A stretch of 33,928 bases of DNA, taken from IMG/VR virus record IMGVR_UViG_2687453470_000001; one strand, given 5' to 3'. Within the stretch, counting starts at the first letter, position 1; every line of letters starts with the position of its first letter. The notes under the pieces are model-generated. The model was not told where the DNA came from and made no database searches. It was given only the letters and a program-made list of their open reading frames with translations. The translations under genes and the position numbers were made by a program. Of this stretch, positions 7,868 through 16,443 are shown one piece after another. Source of the stretch: an uncultured virus (IMG/VR IMGVR_UViG_2687453470_000001). Lineage: Duplodnaviria > Heunggongvirae > Uroviricota > Caudoviricetes.

Positions 7868-8797
7868 ATGTCGAGTGGTGCACGTCAGATAACACAAATC
7901 GCGAAGGAAACCACTGTTGGTACCACACCTTCACCCTTCGCACGTACGACCTTTGAATTTACTGAAAATGGCCTTGATGCGACAGTAACAAAGGAAGACT
8001 CTAACTCAATCACAAGTGGCCGTATTGCACGTTCATCAATGATTACCGGTGCAGAGTATGCCGGTGAATTAAAATGTGAAGCGAAGTACAGTTCATTAGT
8101 TCAAGACTTAATGGCTGCAGCTGCTTTTAATAACTGGTCGTCAAATGTATTAACTTTTGGTGGCACACTTCGTCAAACATTTTCTGTTTTACGTGGCTTT
8201 GAAGATGTTAATGACTACCATGTTTTCCGTGGATGTCATGTAAACACTTTTGGAATTGATATTCCTGAAGCTGGCTTAATTACAATGACTTTCGGCCTTA
8301 TGGCTCTTGGTCGTACAAACTTTTCTTCAGCACCGGCTGGAACAATTACAGCGGCAGATAACAATCCTAAAATGTCGAATGTCTCTGTAGGTGACATTTT
8401 AATTGACGGCGTTTCTCAAGCTGGGATTTCATGCTTGACCGCTTTTACATTTAATTGGGATAACACTATGCAGCTACAACGCTGTTTAGGTGGTGGTATT
8501 GATGCACGTGCAATCCTAGAAATGCTTGCAACAGGTACAGGTTCATTTACCGCAGCTTGGTCACGCAATACATCCGATATGTATGAAAAGCAATTCACTA
8601 ACAAAACGATTTCATTAAAAGTTCCAATCACTGATACAGATGGGAATAAATATGAAATTTTTATTCCTAAAGCTGAAATTACTGCCCCATTACCTAGTGG
8701 TGGTAATTCAGATCTTTTAAATGCTTCATTCGAATATAAAGTCGTAGAAGTAGCCCCAACCATCACTCGTACACCAGCAGCAGTTCCTGCGTCTTAA
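7868..8797 (+). CDS. Major tail tube protein
   Basis: MSSGA...IAKETT.GT.P start; FRGCHVNTF..DIPE.GL.T.TF motif; position before chaperone and tape measure. Confidence 0.88.
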   Translation: MSSGARQITQIAKETTVGTTPSPFARTTFEFTENGLDATVTKEDSNSITSGRIARSSMITGAEYAGELKCEAKYSSLVQDLMAAAAFNNWSSNVLTFGGTLRQTFSVLRGFEDVNDYHVFRGCHVNTFGIDIPEAGLITMTFGLMALGRTNFSSAPAGTITAADNNPKMSNVSVGDILIDGVSQAGISCLTAFTFNWDNTMQLQRCLGGGIDARAILEMLATGTGSFTAAWSRNTSDMYEKQFTNKTISLKVPITDTDGNKYEIFIPKAEITAPLPSGGNSDLLNASFEYKVVEVAPTITRTPAAVPAS

Positions 8798-8807
8798 TCA
8801 ATCTGAT

Positions 8808-8831
8808 AGCAGCCTTAGGGCTGCTTTTTTT
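8808..8831 (+). terminator. Intrinsic terminator
   Basis: AGCAGCC-ttag-GGCTGCT plus T tract. Confidence 0.8.
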
Positions 8832-8841
8832 GGAGTTTAAA

Positions 8842-9375
8842 ATGGCTTTAAAAGTAAGCATTCAGACTAGTAAAACAGTTAGTAAATGGCGTAAGTATAT
8901 TGATGGTGAAGGGAATGTATTAGCTGAATTTAAAGTACGTGGTATCTCATATAAACCATATCAAGTGGCCCTTGAGCGTGCAAATAATCAGATTGCATCA
9001 AAAGGTTATGATGTAACTAAAGCTAGTAAAGACGACAAGCTATATCATGAATTGCTTCTTGAAGCTGCGGCCTGCCATTTAATTGAGGACTGGAAAGGCG
9101 TAGTTTTTGAAGAAGTAACCGAAAATCAAGAACTGATTGTGTCTGAACCAGAATATTCGCAGGAAAATGCAATTAAGTTGTTGAATCTAGGCGATCTTGG
9201 TGTGGCAATTTGGTTGTTTGTGAGACAAGAGGCGGAAAATATCCAAAAAGAAGCTGATGCATATAAGGATGAAGTAGTGGGAAAGTCATTAACCTCTACA
9301 ACTGGACCAAGTTCAACTCAGAAGAAGAAGCGAGCGACTACAACAAGAAACAAACAGCAATTGCAAAAGCCTTAA
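8842..9375 (+). CDS. Tail assembly chaperone (lambda gpG analogue)
   Basis: ATG 8842 after GGAG; LIEDWKGV...EYS.ENA..LL motif; contains a slippery heptamer. Confidence 0.85.
   Translation: MALKVSIQTSKTVSKWRKYIDGEGNVLAEFKVRGISYKPYQVALERANNQIASKGYDVTKASKDDKLYHELLLEAAACHLIEDWKGVVFEEVTENQELIVSEPEYSQENAIKLLNLGDLGVAIWLFVRQEAENIQKEADAYKDEVVGKSLTSTTGPSSTQKKKRATTTRNKQQLQKP
9279..9285 (+). other. Programmed -1 ribosomal frameshift site G-GGA-AAG
   Basis: Same heptamer as the lambda G/GT site, in the correct X-XXY-YYZ phase. Confidence 0.85.
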
Positions 9376-9656
9376 ATTTAAAAATAGCTGAAACCATCCA
9401 AAAGCCTGAATACTCATTTACAGCCAATGCCATTCTTTCAGCATATAACGTAATTTCCCGTTCAAGGCGTTATGAGCAAGGCATTCCCTTGGCTTTGGAT
9501 ATTGCAGCTATATCTGCCTATTGTGATCATTATGAGATCCCAGTCGAAAGAGATATTTTTAACGACTGTATCTTTGCAATGGATAATATTTTTCTGGATG
9601 ATTCTCACAAAAAAATGAAGCGTCCAACAAAAAATAACCCTAGAGGTATTTACTAA
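9279..9656 (+). CDS. Frameshifted C-terminal extension of the tail chaperone (gpT analogue); fusion 8842-9285 + 9285-9656, about 271 aa
   Basis: -1 frame open from the slippery site to TAA 9654-9656 (VINLYNWTKF...SRSRRYEQGIPLALD...FAMDNIFLD...); not in the ORF track. Confidence 0.85.
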   Translation, partial: GKVINLYNWTKFNSEEEASDYNKKQTAIAKALNLKIAETIQKPEYSFTANAILSAYNVISRSRRYEQGIPLALDIAAISAYCDHYEIPVERDIFNDCIFAMDNIFLDDSHKKMKRPTKNNPRGIY

Positions 9657-9677
9657 AAACAACTCTAGGGTTATAAT
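9634..9677 (+). promoter_or_regulatory. hicAB promoter with overlapping inverted-repeat operator
   Basis: -35 TTTACT (9649-9654), 17 bp, -10 TATAAT (9672-9677); perfect 12-bp IR ATAACCCTAGAG (9634-9645) / CTCTAGGGTTAT (9663-9674). Confidence 0.8.
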
Positions 9678-9705
9678 TGACTCATCAAGTTAACAAGGGG
9701 ACGGT

Positions 9706-9888
9706 GTGAAAAGTCTGGATTTAATCAAAATGATTGAAGCAGACGGTTGGTATGAGGTTAGGGTTTCAGGAAGTCATCATCACTTCAAACACCCAACCAA
9801 AAAGGGATTAGTAACAATCCCTCATCCTAAAAAGGATTTACCAAACGGAACTGTTAAAAGCATTTTGAAGCAAGCGGGTCTAAATTGA
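9706..9888 (+). CDS. hicA: HicA-family mRNA interferase toxin
   Basis: GW..VR.SGSHHHFKHP.K.G.VTIPHP.KDL..GTVKSILKQAGL signature; GTG start. Confidence 0.95.
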   Translation: MKSLDLIKMIEADGWYEVRVSGSHHHFKHPTKKGLVTIPHPKKDLPNGTVKSILKQAGLN

Positions 9889-9952
9889 CCCGCTTCAATC
9901 AGACTCATATAGTCCTATTTCACAGTACGATTTTGTACATGAGGTGAGTGCA

Positions 9953-10357
9953 ATGTTATATCCAATTGCTATTGAAAGAGGTACAGACACCGAAGCCTTT
10001 GGTGTCTCCGTTCCAGATATTCCAGGGTGTTTCAGCGCAGGCGATACATTATATGAAGCTATCGAGAATGTTAAAGAGGCTATTTCTGGCCACTTGGAAA
10101 TCCTAGCAGAAGATGGAGAGGAGATTCCTTTAGCATCTGATGTCAGTAAGTTTATTGACCAAGAAGATTATAGAGGTATGATCTGGGCAGTTACTGAAGT
10201 TGATGTTAGCCGTTACTTAGGTAAACCAGAAAAAATCAATGTTACTTTACCAAGCCGATTAATTCGGAAGATTGATGATAATGTTGGTAAAGATAAAAGA
10301 TTTAAAACTCGCTCTGCTTTTTTGGCCGCTGGTGCTGAAAAGCTACTACATGCTTAA
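9953..10357 (+). CDS. hicB: HicB-family antitoxin with C-terminal ribbon-helix-helix
   Basis: VPDIPGCFSAGDT..EA..N.KEAI..HLE and KINVTLP..L...ID...RSAFLA; GAGGTG RBS before ATG 9953. Confidence 0.95.
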   Translation: MLYPIAIERGTDTEAFGVSVPDIPGCFSAGDTLYEAIENVKEAISGHLEILAEDGEEIPLASDVSKFIDQEDYRGMIWAVTEVDVSRYLGKPEKINVTLPSRLIRKIDDNVGKDKRFKTRSAFLAAGAEKLLHA

Positions 10358-10365
10358 AATAGAGA

Positions 10366-10390
10366 GGCCACTCAATCGAGTGGCTTTTTT
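10366..10390 (+). terminator. Intrinsic terminator after hicB
   Basis: GGCCACTC-aatc-GAGTGGCT plus T tract. Confidence 0.85.
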
Positions 10391-10437
10391 ATTTCCCACC
10401 TGTTAAATTTTACCCATTAATAAAGATGGGTAATTTC

Positions 10438-10839
10438 ATGAAAAAGATTATTTTATTGGGTTTAGCTTCAATTCTTGGCGGATGTGCAGCCACAACGGAT
10501 ATGATGAACAATCAGTATATGTCTGTTATACCCACTACTACCGATCTAAGTGGCTTTTGGTCTGGCAATAATGGTCCATATGCGGTGACTTACTCATTCA
10601 ACAAAGACGGCACTGGCTTAATGTGTTCTAGTTGGAATGGTAAAGATTCTCTTGAAAAGTTAAAAATACATGGTGATGAAATCATTTTACAATCAGGTTT
10701 AAAGCAAACAATTAAGTCCAAAACCGAAACCAAGTTAGAACTTAATGTTAAATATTATGGTGGTGGTAGTTATCAATACAGCCCAGATCCTAAGCTAATC
10801 AATGCCTCACCATACTGTGAGAAAGCACTAAGAAATTAG
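10438..10839 (+). CDS. Lipoprotein (moron)
   Basis: MKKIILLGLASILGG|C lipobox; beta-rich mature domain with two further Cys; bounded by terminators. Confidence 0.85.
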   Translation: MKKIILLGLASILGGCAATTDMMNNQYMSVIPTTTDLSGFWSGNNGPYAVTYSFNKDGTGLMCSSWNGKDSLEKLKIHGDEIILQSGLKQTIKSKTETKLELNVKYYGGGSYQYSPDPKLINASPYCEKALRN

Positions 10840-10855
10840 TCCAAATTAAACAAAT

Positions 10856-10877
10856 AACCCGCGAAAGCGGGTTTTTT
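10856..10877 (+). terminator. Intrinsic terminator
   Basis: AACCCGC-gaaa-GCGGGTT plus T tract. Confidence 0.85.
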
Positions 10878-10899
10878 ATTGCCTGGAGAAAAGTTAAAG

Positions 10900-13800
10900 A
10901 TGACTCAAGAATCACGTCTAGTCATTACTATTGATTCGAAAAATGCGGAACGAAACGCAAGAAATCTAGGCAATGAACTCGACAGCATAGAAAAGAAAGG
11001 GGATTTTGCATCAAAGTCCATGGATAGTTTATCTGTAGCAACAAGAGCACTTGCTGGACACATGGCAGGTCTTGTTACGGTTGGCGCGGCCATATCCAAA
11101 ATGGATGAGTATACAGGCTTACAGAACAGACTTAAGTTAGTAACCAAGAATCAAGTTGAGCTAAATAAAGCAACTGAAGATACATTTAGAATTGCTCAAA
11201 AAACTTATGCGACATGGAATTCGGTTTTGCAGGTCTACCAGCGTTTTAGTGACAATGCGAAAACACTAAACATAAACATGGACGAAACGGCCCGCTTAAC
11301 TGAAACAGTATCGAAAGCTGTTGCAATTAGTGGAGCAAGTGCTCAAGCAGCTGATGCAGCACTAGTTCAATTTGGGCAAGCATTGGCTAGTGGAACACTT
11401 AGAGGTGAAGAGCTTAACTCTGTGATGGAGCAAACCCCTGCCTTAGCAAAAGCGATCGCACAAGGGATGGGTATTACTGTAGGGCAACTACGTTCAGTTG
11501 CTGCTGAAGGGAAGATTACATCAAAAGAAATTGTTAAGGCCCTTAAAAATGTTCAAGATGACGTTGATGCTCTTTTTGCAAAAACAGATATCACTATCGG
11601 TCAATCACTCACTCTTTTAAATAACGAGATCACAAAATTTGTCGGCGAGTCAGGAAAGGGAAGCGGTGCGGCTCATGTGCTTGCTGATTCGATTCAGCTT
11701 CTTGCATCAAATTTAAAGTTGATTTCTGATGGAGCACTGGTGTTAGGGATTGGACTTGTAACTAAGGCAATCGCTACTAAAACCGTTGCGGTATATGCCG
11801 ATGTTGCAGCAACTGCCGCAAATGTAAAAGCAAGCAAAGAAAAGGTTATTGCAGATGCAGCTGAAGCAGCCGCTGCTGTAAAAACAGCTCAGGCGCAAAT
11901 AGCAAATTCACAAGCAACATTGCAGGTTCTAGCCGCTGAAAAAGCATTAGAAGTTGAAAGACTAAAAGCCCAAATGAATGCGGTCGGTCGCACACAATCA
12001 ATTACGCGTATGGCCGAATTAAAGAAAATTGAGGCTCAGGTAACGCGAGAATTAGCTGCTGCTGAAACAGCATTAGCAGCTGCACAAACTAAGGCCAATG
12101 CCACAAAAGTGACAGCCTTAACAACATTAGGACGACTCGGAAAAGGAGCTTTAGGACTTGTTGGTGGACCAATTGGTGCGCTCGCTTTGGGCGTTTCAGC
12201 CTTGGCCGCAACATACACTTATTTTAAAGACAAGGCAGAAGAGGCAAATAAGAAGCTCGAGGAGCAAGCTGCGGTGGCTAATCGATCAGCCACGGAGTTG
12301 AAAAATTTGCAAGGTCAAGCCAAAACAGACGCAATTAAAGACTTAACAACCGCATTCAAGGCTCAAAATGATGAGCTTACAAAGATGGAATATCGGGTAG
12401 GTTCTGCGTTAATCGACATTCAGAATTATGCACAAGGAAATGCTGAAGTAGCTCGGATTTCAAATGAAGCGCGTTTAGGAACCATTAGTTATCAAGAAGC
12501 TTTGCAACAACTAGCGAAAGTGAAATTACCACCTAGCTTAAGACAGGCACTTGAAGAACAAATTGAAAAATATAAGGATGCATACGATAAAGCCGATAAG
12601 ACCAAAACAGCAATTAAATTGTTTGGTATTGAAGTAACCATATCTGGTAATAAGGCTCAGAATGCAGCTATTGAACAGCAAAAACATGCTGATGCAATTA
12701 AAAATACAAAACAAGCAGCAGATGAGGCGCAAAAGTCACTGAAAGAAATGTATGATCAAAAAAACTTAGATACTGATTTTTTAACGATCAACATTAAAAG
12801 TCATGGACTGGAAATGGGTAAGGCGTTATCAGATTTTTACGATAACAACAAAATCCCTAAAACTCGCAGTTTAACTAAAGATGAATGGGCAATATTCCAA
12901 AAAAACTTTGATAAGGTGCAAGAGCTTAAAAAGCTTGAGGAGGATATTACCGCTTCTAAGAGACAGCAAACCAAGGAACTTGAGAAACAGCAAAAAGTTT
13001 TAGCTGTTAACTCCCAAGTTAAATCTAACGCCTCAAAGTATAATTTTTCCGATCTTGAATCTAAATATGACTTATTGCCTGGCCTGCTATCAGCAATCAA
13101 CATGCAAGAAAGCAGGGGTGATGCAAACGTTATTGGTCCGAATACAAAATACGGGAAAGCCAAAGGTGGGTTCCAGATGTTGGATGGTACCGCTAAGCGG
13201 TGGGGATTAGTTGGTAAAGAAGTTTTTGATACTGGCAAAGCTGCAGAAGCAGCTGCGAAATATCTTAACTTTTTATTTAAAAAGTTCGGCAATTGGGATC
13301 AAGCAATTTCTGCCTATCATGCTGGTGAAGGTAACGTAGAAAAAGGTACCAATATTGGTCCTGTAAATAGACAGTACGTTAAAAACGTTAAAGGATATAT
13401 TGCTGGATCAAATGGTTTTGATATGAAAGGAGTCTCTGAAAAAGATTTCGATTCCTACCTTAATCAATTTCTTAAAACGCAAGAGGAAACTGAAAAGCTA
13501 CGTGATCAGTATCGAGATAAAGATACGCTTGCAGAGAAAGAATATTTAAAAAGAATTGGTGAGTTAAAGTTACATTTTAAAGATGCAGAGTTAAAGCAAC
13601 TCACGGATAAAGAAACAGCACGTTACAATGCTCAAAAGGAGTTAAACGCTGAACAACTTGAATTTGAATTAAATGAGTTCCGTTTAAATGAAGTTCAAAA
13701 GCTGGAAAAACAAAAGCAGATTAAATTACTTCAAATCAAAGCATCAACTGAATACTCTGAAACTGAAAAAGAAATTCGAATCAAAGCTGTTAATGCAATG

Positions 13801-14865
13801 TTTGATTATGAAATTTCTGAGTACAGAAAACTTCAAAAGCAAAAATTGGAGGAGTATCGAAAAACAATGTATGAGCAAGCCTCAATACCACAATCAGATG
13901 TTATTAATTTACTAGCTAAAAAGAACCTAACTTCTTCGCAATATGATTCATGGAATCTACAGAATCAATATAGTGATGAAATGCAAAATGCTAATGATGC
14001 ATATTCGTCAAATGTTAAAGCGATCTCAGAAGATAAAACAATCGTTGACGAAGAGAAGCGCTTCCAGGCCTTATTAGATGCTGAAGAGCTATTTCGTCAA
14101 CAAAAGTATGCCATCAATGAAAAATATACATTGATGGAACAAGAACTCCAGAAAAATGCCCGTCAAGCTGAAATGGAAGTATATGGCCAGTTATTGTCTC
14201 AAGCTTCTACGGTTTGGGGAAATATGACTGCGATGGTAAAAGAATCTGCTGGTGAACAAAGTTCTGCTTATAAAGCTATGTTTTTTGTTCAACAAGGTAT
14301 TGCCATTGCTCAAGGTATTATCAGTACAGAATTAGCGGCTGCAAAAGCATTAGAGTTGGGGCCGGTATTAGGTATTCCTGCTGCCGCCGTTGTACGCGGT
14401 TTAGGGTATGCCTCAGTTGGACTAATTGCAGCCCAAACAATTGCTGGCTTCTCTGATGGCGGTTATACCGGTAATGGTCTTAAACACACTCCTGCAGGGA
14501 TTGTGCATAAAGGTGAGGTTGTTTGGTCGCAAGAAGATATTAAACGCTGGGGTGGTGTTAGCGTTGTTGAAAGTATGCGTCAAAGCAATCCAAGTGGTTA
14601 TGCGAACGGAGGTTACGTTTCTAATAATCAGTCTGATGCTATTGCAATACGTAGAGAGTCTAGACAGTTTGAGGCAATCAACTCTAATCAATCTCAATTG
14701 AATACGAACGAAAAGCCAATAAATGTGTATGTCACTGTTAATGCCGATGGCACAAGTAAAACAGAGACAGAAAACGACTCAAAACAATTGGGCCAAATGA
14801 TTGGTAATGCAGTAAGAACTATTATTCGCCAGGAACAAAGACAAGGTGGTTTGTTATCTAAGTAA
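10900..14865 (+). CDS. Tape measure protein with internal lytic transglycosylase (SLT) domain
   Basis: QFGQALASGTLRGEELNSVMEQ tape-measure domain; QESRG...GGFQML..TA...AYHAGEGNV SLT motifs; GFSDGGYTG..HKGEVV C-terminal motif. Confidence 0.95.
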   Translation: MTQESRLVITIDSKNAERNARNLGNELDSIEKKGDFASKSMDSLSVATRALAGHMAGLVTVGAAISKMDEYTGLQNRLKLVTKNQVELNKATEDTFRIAQKTYATWNSVLQVYQRFSDNAKTLNINMDETARLTETVSKAVAISGASAQAADAALVQFGQALASGTLRGEELNSVMEQTPALAKAIAQGMGITVGQLRSVAAEGKITSKEIVKALKNVQDDVDALFAKTDITIGQSLTLLNNEITKFVGESGKGSGAAHVLADSIQLLASNLKLISDGALVLGIGLVTKAIATKTVAVYADVAATAANVKASKEKVIADAAEAAAAVKTAQAQIANSQATLQVLAAEKALEVERLKAQMNAVGRTQSITRMAELKKIEAQVTRELAAAETALAAAQTKANATKVTALTTLGRLGKGALGLVGGPIGALALGVSALAATYTYFKDKAEEANKKLEEQAAVANRSATELKNLQGQAKTDAIKDLTTAFKAQNDELTKMEYRVGSALIDIQNYAQGNAEVARISNEARLGTISYQEALQQLAKVKLPPSLRQALEEQIEKYKDAYDKADKTKTAIKLFGIEVTISGNKAQNAAIEQQKHADAIKNTKQAADEAQKSLKEMYDQKNLDTDFLTINIKSHGLEMGKALSDFYDNNKIPKTRSLTKDEWAIFQKNFDKVQELKKLEEDITASKRQQTKELEKQQKVLAVNSQVKSNASKYNFSDLESKYDLLPGLLSAINMQESRGDANVIGPNTKYGKAKGGFQMLDGTAKRWGLVGKEVFDTGKAAEAAAKYLNFLFKKFGNWDQAISAYHAGEGNVEKGTNIGPVNRQYVKNVKGYIAGSNGFDMKGVSEKDFDSYLNQFLKTQEETEKLRDQYRDKDTLAEKEYLKRIGELKLHFKDAELKQLTDKETARYNAQKELNAEQLEFELNEFRLNEVQKLEKQKQIKLLQIKASTEYSETEKEIRIKAVNAMFDYEISEYRKLQKQKLEEYRKTMYEQASIPQSDVINLLAKKNLTSSQYDSWNLQNQYSDEMQNANDAYSSNVKAISEDKTIVDEEKRFQALLDAEELFRQQKYAINEKYTLMEQELQKNARQAEMEVYGQLLSQASTVWGNMTAMVKESAGEQSSAYKAMFFVQQGIAIAQGIISTELAAAKALELGPVLGIPAAAVVRGLGYASVGLIAAQTIAGFSDGGYTGNGLKHTPAGIVHKGEVVWSQEDIKRWGGVSVVESMRQSNPSGYANGGYVSNNQSDAIAIRRESRQFEAINSNQSQLNTNEKPINVYVTVNADGTSKTETENDSKQLGQMIGNAVRTIIRQEQRQGGLLSK

Positions 14866-14941
14866 CGCCTGAACTGTTTCCACTTTTCCGTTAATTGGGG
14901 TATAGTTTAATTAATATGGTCATACTTTAGTTATGGTCCTT

Positions 14942-14969
14942 AAAAGCTCGCTTATTGCGGGCTTTTTTT
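14942..14969 (+). terminator. Intrinsic terminator
   Basis: AAAAGCTCGC-ttatt-GCGGGCTTTT plus further Ts. Confidence 0.8.
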
Positions 14970-14982
14970 GTGAGAAATAATC

Positions 14983-15324
14983 ATGAGTGACTTAAAATTT
15001 ACCTTTGAGTGTGATCTTGAAGGTAATAATCAAACCCAACGTTTTAATACGTTATCAACAAAATTTGGTGACGGATATGAACAAAATACTTCAATTGGTA
15101 TAAACAATCGATCTGGTGAATGGACCTATCAGCGCACAGCTAAGAAAGCTGAAATTTTGGAAATTAAAGCATTCTTTGATAAGCACAAGGGTGCTAATTC
15201 TTTTCTATGGGATTCGCCGTTAGATGGTGAAGTGCGCGTTAAAGCAGGGGATTATCAACCTGTTTGCTTGGGTGGAGATACGTGGCGCATTACAACCACA
15301 TTTACTCAAGTTTTCTATCCATAA
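14983..15324 (+). CDS. Minor tail protein, lambda gpM-like (distal tail)
   Basis: KFGDGYEQ...GIN...FFDKHKG..SFLW motif. Confidence 0.92.
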   Translation: MSDLKFTFECDLEGNNQTQRFNTLSTKFGDGYEQNTSIGINNRSGEWTYQRTAKKAEILEIKAFFDKHKGANSFLWDSPLDGEVRVKAGDYQPVCLGGDTWRITTTFTQVFYP

Positions 15325-15336
15325 TTTTTTCTCAAC

Positions 15337-15357
15337 GGCTCCTTAAGGAGCTTTTTT
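15337..15357 (+). terminator. Intrinsic terminator
   Basis: GGCTCC-ttaa-GGAGCT plus T tract. Confidence 0.7.
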
Positions 15358-15378
15358 ATTGCTTATTGGAGCAGAAAC

Positions 15379-15729
15379 ATGGCTATTAAAACTTTAGATC
15401 TTGCTGAAGCATATATTGTCGGTGAATTACGCACTCAATTATTAGATGCACGTAGTTTCGGGAATAATTTGCCTGCTGGCAGAATTGAAACTTTAGCGAT
15501 TAATTATGATCGACCTTCTGATTCAGTGAATATTGCTGTTACACCAGGTGGTGGTTTAAACGGAAGTATGACTTTACTTGATGCTGACATCACAAAGTGG
15601 GCAATTCAAACGATCTTAAACACAGCTTATCTCTATCAGGTAGATGTAAACACTTTAAGCCTTAAATATGACTTGGCTGCTAAAAAAATTACTATTGAAT
15701 ATACTCCAGTTGTTTCAGGTCAAGCTTAA
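15379..15729 (+). CDS. Hypothetical protein inserted between the M-like and L-like genes
   Basis: 116-aa ORF with GGAG RBS. Confidence 0.7.
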   Translation: MAIKTLDLAEAYIVGELRTQLLDARSFGNNLPAGRIETLAINYDRPSDSVNIAVTPGGGLNGSMTLLDADITKWAIQTILNTAYLYQVDVNTLSLKYDLAAKKITIEYTPVVSGQA

Positions 15730-15738
15730 GGAGGTCTC

Positions 15739-16437
15739 ATGACTTTACAAAGTGACTTCCAGAAACTTGAACCAGGTGGATTAATTCACCTGTATGAATT
15801 AGATGCCAGCTCGTATGGAGTTGGCATTCTTCGATTTCATGGCCATCAGCAAATGGAAAGTATTTTTTGGCAGGGTCAGGAGTTTGAAGCTATTAGTCTG
15901 GATGTCTCTGGTTTAGAAATGAGATCAGATGGTAAGGCTTCGGCTCCCACATTAACAATCGCCAATAACCTGAACGGAATACAAGGTGCAATTTCAGCTT
16001 ACTGTCTCCAATGTAAAGATTTCGTTGGAGCTAAACTCAAAGTTATAACCACACTCACCAAGTATCTTGATGCCAAGAACTTTCCTGAAGGCAATCCAAC
16101 AGCATCAAATGAATCAAAAGAGCAGATTTGGTATATCGAGCAGAAAACATCTGAAAATGCTCAACAAGTAACTTTTGAGCTTTCAAACCCGATTGATTTT
16201 GAGGGGTTGAGAATACCAGTTCGTCAAATTACTTCATTGTGCCATTGGTGCACGATGGGGAAATATCGTGGTGAAGAATGTGGTTATACCGGCGCTGCTA
16301 TGTTTACAGAAAAGGATGAGCCAACTGATAACCCTGCATTAGATCGATGTGGAGGAAGGTTGCGCTCTTGCCGATTACGCTTTGGAGAAAACAAGCCCCT
16401 TCCTTTTGGAGGATTCCCAGCATCAAGCTTAGTTTGA
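15739..16437 (+). CDS. Minor tail protein L (lambda gpL-like)
   Basis: P.LTIAN, YLDA.NF..GNP.A, C-terminal Cys cluster and LPFGGFP. Confidence 0.95.
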   Translation: MTLQSDFQKLEPGGLIHLYELDASSYGVGILRFHGHQQMESIFWQGQEFEAISLDVSGLEMRSDGKASAPTLTIANNLNGIQGAISAYCLQCKDFVGAKLKVITTLTKYLDAKNFPEGNPTASNESKEQIWYIEQKTSENAQQVTFELSNPIDFEGLRIPVRQITSLCHWCTMGKYRGEECGYTGAAMFTEKDEPTDNPALDRCGGRLRSCRLRFGENKPLPFGGFPASSLV

Positions 16438-16443
16438 GGTCCT

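Noticed and set aside
9462..9662. 66-aa minus-strand ORF
   Set aside because: The region is explained by the + strand frameshifted chaperone extension
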